Shown: positions 12,081 through 23,736 of the stretch, piece by piece
How positions within the stretch are numbered: the first letter of the stretch is position 1
Layout of the letters: each line of letters starts with the position of its first letter
DNA from: Octopus sinensis
Lineage: Eukaryota
NCBI RefSeq assembly: GCF_006345805.1
Contig: NC_043011.1
Span: 43,226,464 to 43,290,463 of the forward strand
Direction: 5' to 3'
Length of the DNA stretch: 64,000 nt
Notes under the pieces: generated by a model
What the model saw: only the letters and a program-made list of their open reading frames with translations
Database searches by the model: none
What the model was told of the DNA's origin: nothing
Made by a program: the position numbers and the translations under genes

Positions 12081-13038
12081 AAAAAAGAGATATTTGATAA
12101 TGTAGTCTGTTGTTATACATTAACTAAAAAACAAGACGAGATGGTCAAAAATGGAACGCTTTGATCATAATTCTGTTTGATCAGGGCTAACTTGAAGATG
12201 ATGAGAACGAGAAAGAGAAGCGCAATTGGCGAGTTTTTCCTTAACTTGGAGCCATTAAGCTTGGAGTCAACAAGTAAGAAATAACAACGTGCGAGAAATA
12301 ACAGCCAAAATTATCTTACCCTACCTTCTTTAACAGTAGCAAATAGAAGCTGCTTAATAGTGGTTCTGAATATATATCTGAATAAAAGATGTGCCGATTA
12401 CGGCTGGGACACATTTGATTATGAATCTACTTAATGTAATTCTTAAATGCATTCGGCTTTTAAATTACAAGTGCAATGAACCCGGTGGGATTCTGCGTAA
12501 TTTCCTCCAACCAAATTCCATTCAAAAGAATCCTTTCAATTCGTGGCTAATGTTAAGATGCCAAAATAGTGGGATTGATTTTGGAGCAGAATTCTTAACC
12601 GTTTCGTCAAGTTACTGTTGACATGTGAAAATTAACTTACGAATAACTGTGATTATAGTGAAACTGAAAATTATTTTATCAGAACTATTATGCTTTATTT
12701 CAAGCTTGGATTGGTAGAACCGTTTGAGCTTCGGGAAAACTGCCTTGTGGTATTTAGCTTTTTTGTTCTAGGTTTAGTATATTCTGCGTAGGTTAACTTT
12801 GCTGTCATCTCTCCATAGTCGACAAAGTTAACTACCAGTGAAGAAGTGGGGTTGATTTAATCGACAAACTCCAGCCTCTCAATATTTATGACTTTGTGCC
12901 TCTGTTACAAATAATTATATTTGACTTGTTTCAGTCTATGGACACTGGAATACTGGCACACTTCTTTGAGATGTTTCAGCCGAAGACATCGATGCGAGTA
13001 TTTATTTTTATGACTGTTAAATTACCAAGACGTAAAAC

Positions 13039-13070
<32 letters not shown>

Positions 13071-13179
13071 ATATATGTGTTTGTGTGTGTGTGTGTATAC
13101 ACATATATATATATATGCATTTATGTATGTATGTATGTGTGCGTGCATATGTGTATGTGTGTGTGTGTGTGTGTGTGTG

Positions 13180-13262
13180 TACGACCGGGTACTGAAAAGT
13201 TTCTGGCTTTGAGTAAAAGAAAATACAGAAGGACCAGTTAATTATGATTCTATTCAACATAT
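13180..13262 (+). mobile_element. Mariner-type terminal fragment truncated by a SINE
   Basis: TA-cgaccgggtactgaaaagtt resembles the mariner TIR at 47636 and 48917. Confidence 0.55.
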
Positions 13263-13460
13263 TTAATTCTTTATTGCCCACGAGGGGCTAAACACAGAGG
13301 GGACAAACAAGGACAGACAAACGGATTAAGTCGATTAGATCGATCCCAGTGTGTAACTAGTACTTAATTTATCGACCCCGAAAGGATGAAAGGTTAAGTT
13401 GACCTCGACGGAATTTGAACTCAGAACGAAGCGGCAGACGAAATAGCACTAGGCATTCAA
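13263..13460 (-). mobile_element. SINE family B, young, 5-prime truncated
   Basis: Near reverse complement of 13680-13864. Confidence 0.9.
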
Positions 13461-13637
13461 CATATTTCCCTCTCAGATTCACACACTTATTGCAGCAGTT
13501 CATCAGTTTCTTTAGGCCCTGTGTTTGTGTATGTGTGTATGAGTGCATGCGTATGCTGGGTGTCCACGCAGTTTCCATCGACCAAATTCACGCCCAAGGC
13601 ATTGGTCGGCCCGGGACTATATTAGCCGCCACATAAG

Positions 13638-13864
13638 GCGGCAAGCTGGCAGAAGCGTTAGCGCACCGGGCGAAATGCTTAGCCGTATTTCGTCTGTCGT
13701 TACGTTCTGAGTTCAAATTACGCCGATGTCGACTTTGCCTTTCATCCTCTCGGGGTCGATAAATAACGTGCCAGTTTCGCACTGGGTCGATGTAATCGAC
13801 TTAATCCCTTTGTCTGTCCTTGTTTGTCCCCTCTATGTTTAGCCCCTTGTGGGTAGTAAAGAAA
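13638..13864 (+). mobile_element. SINE family B, young, full length
   Basis: A box TGGCAGAAGCG and B box GAGTTCAAATT; high similarity to the 25097 and 26019 copies. Confidence 0.92.
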
Positions 13865-14739
13865 TATATATTATTCGCCACTTGTTCAAGGTAGTGCACC
13901 CTGGGATTGGCCTGAACTCACGTAATTGCAAAGCAAACCTCTTAAACACGCAGCCGTATGTGCACATTTAATTGCTTTTGCTTTCTTTACAAGTCTTAAA
14001 AGGTAAGCTACGCCCATACTGGAGCTCCAACATTTTGATTCGCAATTGTTTTCTTGGGCTCTGTTTACGTAGTTATTTCTCATTTTTCTTTCCTGTATCG
14101 CATACTTTGTATTCTCAGCCTTTAGGTGTAATTATACAGAAAAGAAAAAAACGAAATATTTGCCTTGCGCTCGTGAGCGAAACCATACTTAGTTGAAATA
14201 ATTGAATATAATACAGTACTGAAGGACATTTCCTTCCTTCAGGTGATACAACAATTGTCAACAGATAGACATATTCTTTTAGTAAAGATTATTGTCCTCT
14301 ACTGTCGGTTCTCCCTCACCTTCTACGTACAAACATAAATATATCCATGTGTGTGTGCATGCGTGTTTGTGAATGCGCGCGTGTGTGTGTGTGTGTGTGT
14401 GTGAATATTTTTTCTTTCTGATGCTGCTGTAATGGCGGTGATGGCTAAATTGTTGTCTTGACAGCAAGATGAATCGTTTTTTCAGCTCCTTGTTAGTAAT
14501 GTTGTTCTGTGGTCTTGGCAACTGCCTTGAAAATAACGAAATCTAAAGGAAGAAAGCACAAACGTCTATTCCCTCATATAACAGTAAGAAACTAGTAAGT
14601 ATTTCTGCTAATCTTATTGTAAATGTTGTTATTTTAGTTTAGAGTAAAGTCAGCTCTGATTCAGAAGACATAACAAATGATGTTGCAAACTCATTCTCTC
14701 TTTCACAGATACCCAGGGCTACGCTACCCAGTTTCCTGT

Positions 14740-14742
14740 TTC

Positions 14743-14804
<62 letters not shown>

Positions 14805-14970
14805 GTTTCTGTTTATTCTTCTTTTCTTTCTTTTCCTTTTGTCTTTTCTCACTTCTTTCTCTTCTCTTTCTCTCTCTTTTTGTCTCTGTCTTTCTCCTTC
14901 TCCTTCTATTTCTCTCACTTCTCTTTCTTCTTTTCCTTCTATTCCTTTCTTCTTCCTTCCCTATTCCTTT
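14740..14970. repeat. (CT)n plus long polypyrimidine tract
   Basis: Almost purine-free plus strand. Confidence 0.9.
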
Positions 14971-15618
14971 CTTGGCGAGCAAAATGTAATATGAATGGGA
15001 TTTCGCAGGTGTTTCTAACCGACCAAACAACACCGTAGATTCTCATTCTTTGGCTTTAGTTATTGTTTTAATCCTTTGTCATTCTTGATTGAATAGACCT
15101 ATGAGCAAAGGCACTTTATCCGTGACCTGACAGATGGACTGCACTTTGCAATTTCAGACCATATCATTGCTAATTCAAAAGGCGAATGATCAAGGACATC
15201 TATGATCATCTAGCTTTTCGTATAACACCGAATGTATATTTCCATTTTTAACGCAGGAGCACTATCGTCTGAGAGAAGTTTGGCTACTATTTCTTACACA
15301 TCAAGCCATAGTGGGTCAGTCATGTAATGGCGAGTAATACCCCGGTAAAGTAAATACAATAAAGTGCAGATTTTCTCACAGGGAGTAAACCCCAAATGGA
15401 ATGGGCTGTTTGCTTTAATAAATGGGTGACAAACTGCCATGTTTAATTTCTATTCTGTTTTCTTTTTCATTAATAAAGAGATGAGTGTCTGTTTGGGTGG
15501 TGAGAAAGTTGTTATCTTTATTCTTCCTTTCTTGGTGGCAGTGGTTTTTGTATTTGTCAGTTATGAGTTACGGTATTCATTAAATGAATAACAATAAAAT
15601 ACTGAATAATGTAGTGCT

Positions 15619-16153
15619 TAGAACATATTGAACTGTAACTGTGTAAGTAGGCATTATGTTTCTAAATGCCCAATATTACTTTCCTTTCTCATGACAATAC
15701 AGTGAGATTTCAAATAATTTGACTGCTATACTTCAGCGGATCGAGTCACTGTGTAAAGTTTCCAGAGTTGGTTTAACAGGTGGTATGCATAGTGATGATG
15801 GCAGTGTTGGTTATATAATTGAGATGTGGGCAGATATTGTTTGGTGAATAGTGGTGACAAATGCCATAATGTTGTCGGTGGAGGTCGTGCTAGAACATAT
15901 CGAACTGTAACTGTGTATGTGGGCATTACATTTCTAAATGCCCAATATTACTTTCCTTTCTCATGACAATACAGTGAGATTTGAAATAATTTGGCTGCTA
16001 TACTTTAGCGGATCGAGTCACTGTGTAAAGTTTCCAGAGTTGTTTTAACAGGTGGTATGTATAGTGATGATGGCAGTGTTGGTTATATACTTGAGATGTG
16101 CGCAGGTATTGTTTGGTGAATAGTGGTGATAAATGCCATAAAGTTGTCGGTGG
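15619..16153. repeat. Tandem duplication, 272-bp period, two copies
   Basis: Copies start at 15619 and 15891 (tagaacatat); roughly 15 differences counted by eye. Confidence 0.95.
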
Positions 16154-16311
16154 CGATCATCATCTTAGTGATAGCTTTAGAAAATGAAGACAGATAGAAG
16201 CATGCGCCGTAGTAGTGAAAGTATTTTTAATTTGTGAACGGCAATTTGTAGACTTATCTATCATTGAATCTGGATACAAAAGAAATACGTTTGTGAATTA
16301 TGAGTATTTTG

Positions 16312-16500
16312 GAAATATCCTTTTCTTGGGACATATGTCTTTGGCAGGTTGACAGCATCTGAAATTAGAATATATCATAGAAATAACCTTTTCTCGAGAC
16401 ATACCACTTTGGCGGTATGACAACATCTGATAGCAGAAGATAATTGAAGATTTTTTTGTTGATACTTGTCTTTTTGGCTGAATGACAACATTTGATATCC
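16312..16500. repeat. Degenerate minisatellite, three units of about 65-68 bp
   Basis: Recurrent ctttggc...gaca(g/a)cat(c/t)tga, with gaca at 16351, 16419 and 16484. Confidence 0.8.
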
Positions 16501-16980
16501 GAAAAGAGAGTTTCTGTTTGTACACAATCAACATGTTTTCTCTATACAATTCAATACTGAAGCGTTTTAAAAAAGAAATGGCCACGGAGAAATATCATTG
16601 TTAAATATATGGTGTTGATGCTGTTTTACAATTTTACTAGCGAAATAACCAAGCTACAAATTTAATTCTTAGTTTTATTTGCGACTGGTAAGTGCTTCGC
16701 GGATTTAACACGCCAGAATATCAATCGACTTACATTAAAATAAGTTAATAAAAAATACTAACCAAGACGATCGATTGACAGAATAATTAGAGCACTTTAC
16801 AAAATATCAGAAATATGTAGTTACGACCACTCAGTTCTAAGTCTATATCTCGTTGGAGATAACTTTCTGTAGCAGTCATGAACGATTTCATTTCTGAATA
16901 ATTCATCCTATATCAATGGAATTGTACTGAAATAATAACACTAGCAAGCATACACACACACACACACACACACCACACAC

Positions 16981-17062
<82 letters not shown>

Positions 17063-17374
17063 CTTGTTTTAGTCCTTTGACTGTGGCCATGCTGCAACAC
17101 CGCCTTTAGTCGAGCAAATCGTGTTTCTTCAGTAGTAATATCATTTATGGGAGGTGCAACTGCTGTTTCTAACACATCGAATTGCATCCTAGAAGTGCCC
17201 ACGTGTAATATCTGGCTGCAGTATAGTAAACACAGTATAGTATTCATTTAAATGAGTTGCAACATACTACCGTATAAAGATAAGGAGGGGGTGACGTGTC
17301 TTCAGGAATATCTGTATCTATCTAAAATGATTACCAATTTAAATTCTAAATTTCTGAGCTGCAGAGCTCTAATT

Positions 17375-17559
17375 CAGCGCTCCGCAATCGGTATGCCGCG
17401 GCACACTGGTGTGCCACGAGAGACTGCTAAGTATGCCACAGTGTATCCTGAATATAATTTTTTCCGTATACTTTTAGTTATATTCTTAATTCAGGTTTGC
17501 TGCCGAATATTGAAAAGAATATAAGTATATCGCAAATGCAAAATGGTTGCAGAGCCCTG
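17375..17559. mobile_element. hAT (Charlie-like) MITE, 185 bp
   Basis: TIRs cagcgctccgcaatc / ggttgcagagccctg; 8-bp TSD ctctaatt / ttctaatt. Confidence 0.85.
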
Positions 17560-17910
17560 TTCTAATTCTATAGATTTAGGCGTGGTTGACAAGCTGCCAT
17601 TAGTTACCTGTGTGCGTCTCTTTAGTGTTTATAAAGAATGGTGAAGTATTACATTCGCAGAATAGGTAGAGATGACGTAGTCGGTCAGTACTGATCTTTA
17701 ACAAATCGTAGAATAAAAGGCATTGAAGATATGACCGTCCTGCCTGTTCTATTTTCGTGAGGATAGAAGGTAATATGATGGAGATTTAGCTCCTATATCT
17801 AGTAGGTAGATGAATTATAGCAAAGTGCTTCTGTTCTTTACCTGTTTAATAATTATTTCTAAATTAAGCGCAAGACGAACAGTTTTGTAGGGTGGATGTT
17901 AGTAGATCCA

Positions 17911-18322
17911 GCGTAGGAGTGGCTGTGTGGTGAGTAGCTTGCTTACGAACCACATGGTTCCGGGTTCAGTCCCACTGCGTGGCACCTTGGGCAAGTGTCA
18001 TCTACTATAGCCTCGGGCCGACCAAAGCCTTGTGAGTAGATTTGGTAGACGGAGACCGAGAAAAACCTGTTGTATATATGTATATGTATATATATATGTG
18101 TGTGTGTGTGTGTTTGTGTGTCTGTGTTTGTCCTCCCCCCACCAACATCGCTCGACAACCGATGCTGGTGTGTTTAGGTCCCCGTAACTTAGCGGTTCGG
18201 CAAAAGAAATCCGATAGAATAAGTAATAGGTTTACAAAGAATAGGTCCTGGGGTTGATTTGCTTGACTAAAGGCGGTGCTCCAGCATGGCCACAGTCAAA
18301 TAACTGAAACAAGTAAAGAGAT
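17911..18322 (+). mobile_element. SINE family A, full length
   Basis: Complete head, body, microsatellite and tail. Confidence 0.92.
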
Positions 18323-18329
18323 ACCATTG

Positions 18330-18700
18330 ATTGCACCCACACTATTCGACTTTTCGATGTGAGAGAGATAAAATGCAAGCTTGACCTCTGTTGAATTTTA
18401 ACTCAAAAATGTAAAGAGTCGGAGCGATTATCGCTAAATGTTTTATCTGATGGTCTAACGATGCCGCTCATCTACCACACTTAGATGTCTCATAATCCTT
18501 ACTATTATAGGCACTTTCGGGGAAGGAGTAAAGTTGATTACCTCAACCCCGTACTCGACTGGTACTTATTTTATCGAACCCAAAACGATGAAAACCAAAG
18601 TCGACCTCGGCAGAATTTGAAATCAGAACGTACAGACGAACGAAATGGTTCTAGGCATTTTGCCCGGCGTGCTAACGATTCTGCTAGTTCGCTGCTTTTT
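18330..18700 (-). mobile_element. Two old SINE family B copies
   Basis: Reverse-strand B bodies at about 18330-18480 and 18510-18700. Confidence 0.7.
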
Positions 18701-19194
18701 TGAGAGTTTAATGATCCTAACTAACGCCAAATGAAAAATATAAATATTGCCTTACTTACACTGAGCTAGTAAAAAGTAACATGTACTATCCAATATGTTC
18801 GTAAAATTCAATGGTGTGAGAGAAATCATATATGTAAATATATACATACATCAACAATGTAAATGTTTGTTCGAGAAAAATAAAATGAATGTTTGTTCGT
18901 GTAAATACAATAAGAGAACATGATTTTTTGTGTCCGCAGCTGACGTTCAAATTTAATTTGTTCGTTATGAATTCATTAAGACATTGTAAGCATTTAATGA
19001 AATTGAAATGACAAATACGTCATCGTCTCGAAACTCAATTAAGGTAAATATTGGCTTCTTTTGTATTAAAATATTTTGAGGTGAAAAACTAAATCTGCAA
19101 TGCAGGTTCTATTCCACATTAAACCATTTCAGTTACTTTTCATTTGTATATTCTTCAAATATTGGCTTCAAATTTTGGCACAAGACTTGAAGAA

Positions 19195-19560
19195 CGGAGA
19201 AATGGTAAGTCCATTACATCGACCCCAGTAATCAACTGGTACTTATTTTATCGATCCCCAAAACGATGAAAGGCTTCGGCGGAGCTTGAACATAGAACGT
19301 AAAGACGAACGAAATGCCACTAACCATTTTTTCCACCAGCTCACTGCTTTAACGATTCTGCCAGCTCGCTGCTTTAATTATTCTAGTGTATCCTTCAACA
19401 TTTCTAGGATAACTAAGGTGCCGAGCTGGCAGAATCGTTACGCGCCGCAGAAAATGCTTAGCGGCATTTCATTTGGATTTTTACGTTTTAGTTCAAATTC
19501 AATTTTTGTCCTACGTCTTTTTGGGATCGATAAATTAAGTATCAGTTGCATGCTGGGATC
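19195..19560. mobile_element. Divergently oriented pair of old SINE B copies (minus 19195-19372, plus 19418-19560)
   Basis: B heads on opposite strands about 45 bp apart. Confidence 0.75.
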
Positions 19561-20122
19561 AGGCCCTGTTTCTATAGAAGTATGGCAAAATATATTAGAG
19601 TAATTGCTTACGCCTTTTTATTAGCTCTGAGCAAATATCGGGTTTAAATTTGTCAGTCCTGATTCAATAACAAGCCTTCAAATCCATGAGATCCAATTCA
19701 GTTGAGCTTCATTATCTCTCTGAAATAATTGTCATAGTAAGTAAATCTTAACCTTTCTTTTATCGATTTTATTCCAAACAACATTTGATCCACCTATAGT
19801 CAAAGGAATGCAAAAGAAAAAAAAAGAAAAAGGAAAAGGCTTAAAAGCTTCAAAATATGTCGATTGACAGAAACATTCAAGGATGCAATACCATACCCCA
19901 GAGGAAAATAAAGATGAGACGAGGTAGTGAGTTGTACACACACACACACAGAGTAAGAGAGAGAGAAAGTGAGAAAGGACTGGAAGTCCTATGGCGAGAG
20001 TAACTGACGTTTTAGATCAATGTCGACGGACTACTAAGCGAGTAAATTCGCGTGCATGTCAAACTATGATTTGGTTTCATATCTTAATCAAAACCATTTC
20101 ACATTACATACACCTATTTCAT

Positions 20123-20510
20123 TGGAGGCGCAATGGCCCAGTGATTAGGGCAGCGGACTCGCGGTCGTAGGATCGCGGTTTCGATTCCCAGACCGGGCGT
20201 TGTGAGTGTTTATTCAGCGAAAACACCTAAAAGCTCCACGAGGCTCCGGCAGGGGATGGTGGTGATCCCTGCTGTACTCTTTCACCACTCTTTCTCCCAC
20301 TCTTACTTCCTGTTACTGTTGTACCTGTATTTCAAAGGGCGCCGGCCTTGTCACTCTCTGTGTCACGCTGAATATCCCCGAGAACTACGTTAAGGGTACA
20401 CGTGTCTGTGTAGTTCTCAGCCACTTACACGTTAATTTCACGAGCAGGCTGTTCCGTTGATTCGGATCAGCCCGAACCCTCATCGTCGTAACCGACGGAG
20501 TGCTTCCATC
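20123..20510 (+). mobile_element. SINE family C, tail type 1
   Basis: tRNA-like head TGGCCCAGTGATTAG...GGTTTCGATTCCC shared with the 30286, 30940 and 59292 copies. Confidence 0.88.
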
Positions 20511-20764
20511 AATGTAACGATATAATTGCGAGAAGACACACACTGTCTTGTCCTTCCATCATTCACTTGGAGGAGAGAGGACCGCACCGGCACTGAGCTG
20601 GTAGTCTTCTGTAGACCTTAAAAGAAAGAAATACAACGTCAACCTCCGCTGGATTTGAACTCAGAGCACAGTGAGACTGAACAAACATCATAACGCAGTC
20701 TAGACGACTATCTAGCGACCATCTTATGTTTTAAAACCCACTAGAAATATCCTTTTCGACTAAA

Positions 20765-20965
20765 GGCATCAGGCCTGAAATTTTGTGGGAGGGAACTAGT
20801 CGATTACATTGACCCCAGTGTTTCACTGGTTCTTAATTTATCGACCCCGAAATGATGAAAGGCAAAAATCGAACACGGCGGAATTTGAACTCACTATGTA
20901 CCGACGAGAAAAATACCGCTCTGCATTTCGTCCAGCATGTTACCGATTCTGCCAGCTCGCCGCCT
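20765..20965 (-). mobile_element. SINE family B, older tail type
   Basis: Reverse match to the B head and body. Confidence 0.8.
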
Positions 20966-21293
20966 TAAACCCAGGAGAAATATTATGAACTATTTCCCGG
21001 CGAAAACAAGCCAACATTCTAGAAGTCACGGTGGTCGGTATTATTTTCAAGATAATAATATTATCGTATATTTTGTGTTGCACTATGGTCATGCTGGGGC
21101 ACAGCCTTGTCGGCTTCGTCGAACAGATCTTACCCAGTACCTTAAAGCCTGATACCTATTTCTATCGGTCTGCTTTGCAGAATTACTAGGTTACAGAGAT
21201 GTAAAGAAGCCAAACACAAGTTGACAGGCAATATAGAAACAAACACAAACACACCCACGCACCCATCCACATATAAATATGTATGTATTTATA

Positions 21294-21683
21294 GGCGCAG
21301 GAGTGGCTGTGTGGTAAGTAGCTTGCTAACCAACCACATGGTTCTGGGTTCAGTCCCACTGCGTGGCATCTTGGGCAAGTGTCTTCTGCTATAGCCTCGG
21401 GCCGATCAAAGCCTTGTGAGTGGATTTGGTAGACGGAAACTGAAAGAAGCCCATTGTATATATGTATATATATATATATATATGTGCGTGTGTGTTTGTC
21501 CCCCTAGTATTGCTTGACAACCGATGCTGGTGTGTTTACATCCCCGTCACTTAGCGGTTCGGCAAAAGAGACCGATAGAATAAGTACTGGGCTTACAAAG
21601 AATAAGTCCCGGGGTCGATTTGCTCGACTAAAGGCGGTGCTCCAGCATGGCCGCAGTCAAATGACTGAAACAAGTAAAAGAGT
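21294..21683 (+). mobile_element. SINE family A, full length, young
   Basis: Nearly identical to the 36056-36441 and 42257-42600 copies. Confidence 0.95.
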
Positions 21684-21841
21684 AATCACCAAATGGCGAC
21701 GAACTTTAGATAGAAACTGCTGTTAATGAATCGGTGTTTGTATTCCTGTTATTGAGTCCGTTTGAAATGATGACTCATGGACCTGCAAGTACTTTGAACC
21801 TTTGTATGTTAAGAAGCATGTTCGGCATAACTATGGCAATT
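21681..21841 (+). repeat. Dispersed 160-bp duplication, copy 1 (copy 2 at 23574-23736)
   Basis: taatcacca.atggcgacgaactttagatag...gcataactatggcaatt present at both loci. Confidence 0.92.
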
Positions 21842-22094
21842 CGTAATGAATGGAAGGGAATTATAAAAAAAGTTATGAAGAGTCCTGATGATTGGGGTTG
21901 CAGTTAATACATGTTTCTGAAAAAGACTGCATGCCTCGGGAACGTTAAACGCACCTCATTAAACAAGTGTAGAAGAGAAATTTAGAACTGAAATAGTAAG
22001 TATTAAAATAAAATTCTATGATATGTTGTGATGTTTATTAGGATTTGATGAATTGCATGGGGTTTTCTACCTCTAAATAACATATATGTATATT

Positions 22095-22130
<36 letters not shown>

Positions 22131-22334
22131 AACACAGACACGCAGACATACATACGTATACACACGCACACGCACACACACGATGGGTTTCCACTCGGAT
22201 TAGTCCTACAGCTCAGAGGAATCGAACCTGAAGCTACATCGTTACGTAGCATCCTTCTTCACCACGCAGGTCATGTTGATTAAGAGACTAAGGAATGTAT
22301 TACATGTACCAACATAATTTTAATTATTCAAGCA

Positions 22335-22930
22335 GGTGCAAACGTGGCAGTGTGGTAAGCAGCTTGCTTTCCAACCGCATGGTTCCGGGTTCAGTCCCAC
22401 TGCGTGGTACTTTGGGCAAGAGTCTTCTATAACATCGAGCCGACCAAAGCCTTCTGAGTGTATTTGGTAGACGGAAAGTGTAAGAAGCTTGTAGTATGTT
22501 TGTGTGTGTGTGCCTCTGTGTCAGTGCTTGTCCCTCCCCCATCACCTCTTGACAAACGATGTTCGTGAGCTTGCGTCCCCGTAACCTAACGTTTCGGTAA
22601 AGACACTGATAGAATAAGTACTAGGCTCACAAAATAAGACCTGGAGTCGATTTATTTAACTAAAACTCTTTGAAGGTAGTGCTCCAGCATGGCTGAAGTC
22701 AAATGGCTAAAACATGTAAAAGAATATATATATATTTATACATACACATGTGGGTATGTGCGTATGTGCACGTGTGTTTGACAATCGGTGTTGTTGCGTT
22801 TACGTCCACCGTAACTTTGCGTTTCGGCAAAAAGACCGGTAATATCAGACTTTTTGAAAACGGAGTCATTTCACTAAAGGGCTGTGCTCCTGCATGGCCG
22901 CAGTCTAATGACAAGAGAAAAAGATAAATC
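22335..22930 (+). mobile_element. SINE family A (older) followed by a second A 3-prime half
   Basis: Match to the A consensus at 22335-22725 and 22775-22930. Confidence 0.8.
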
Positions 22931-23573
22931 AAAATAACGTAAATAAAGCATTAAAATAAGCCAATGAAGCAAAATTCTTTCACTGATAACGAAGCTGATT
23001 ATTCTGCAGCCCTCAGGGATTAGAATAGAGACGGACACGTGTATCATTGCAGTTCATAATAAACCAAAGAAGCTATCTATTCAAATACGGGTGTGTTGAA
23101 ACTTATAGAAATGTTTTAACTTACATATTAATTAATCAAACAACTGTGGCTAAAAAAAAGCCAATGTGTGAAACTACATCGCTGAGACTGCGCAAATACG
23201 AAGAGCGCTGTAAATGTTAAATCACATGCGTGTTGACACATTATAGTGTGTCTATGTAAATAAATTAGAAGCAAGATAGAGACGACTGAAGAGCTACGAG
23301 GCAAAGGTAAATATCAACCGTTCCTTTGAACAAACAGACTAAAGAAAGGATATTTTTACACGGAAATTTGCACCTGTTTCTATGATTAGACTCGCCGACT
23401 TACCAGCTCATCTCACTGTTTGTCTTCCCCAATGAAGATATATTTTTATAATAGTCTGAGCTATTTTGAATTCATGTTGTTACATGTCTGTTGTACAAGT
23501 GCGATGTCAGTCTGTTGCTGTTAATCCATATGTTAAGTACTCTGAGTTAGATCTTCTGAGACACCATTTACAT

Positions 23574-23736
23574 AGTAATCACCATATGGCGACGAACTTT
23601 AGATAGAAAAACTCTTGTTAATGAATCGGTGTTTGTATTCCTGTTATTCAGTTCGTTTGAAATGATGACTCATGGTGTTGCAAGTACTTTGAACCTTTGT
23701 ATGGTAAGAAGTATGTTCAGCATAACTATGGCAATT
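23574..23736 (+). repeat. Dispersed 160-bp duplication, copy 2
   Basis: Direct repeat of 21681-21841. Confidence 0.92.

Noticed and set aside
15800-15870. tggcagtgttggtta resembling the miR-34/449 5-prime end
   Set aside because: There is no complementary arm forming a hairpin, and the match is lost after the seed region.
20123-20200. tRNA-like sequences with A and B boxes
   Set aside because: They have no proper cloverleaf or acceptor stem and continue into SINE bodies, so they are SINE heads rather than tRNA genes.
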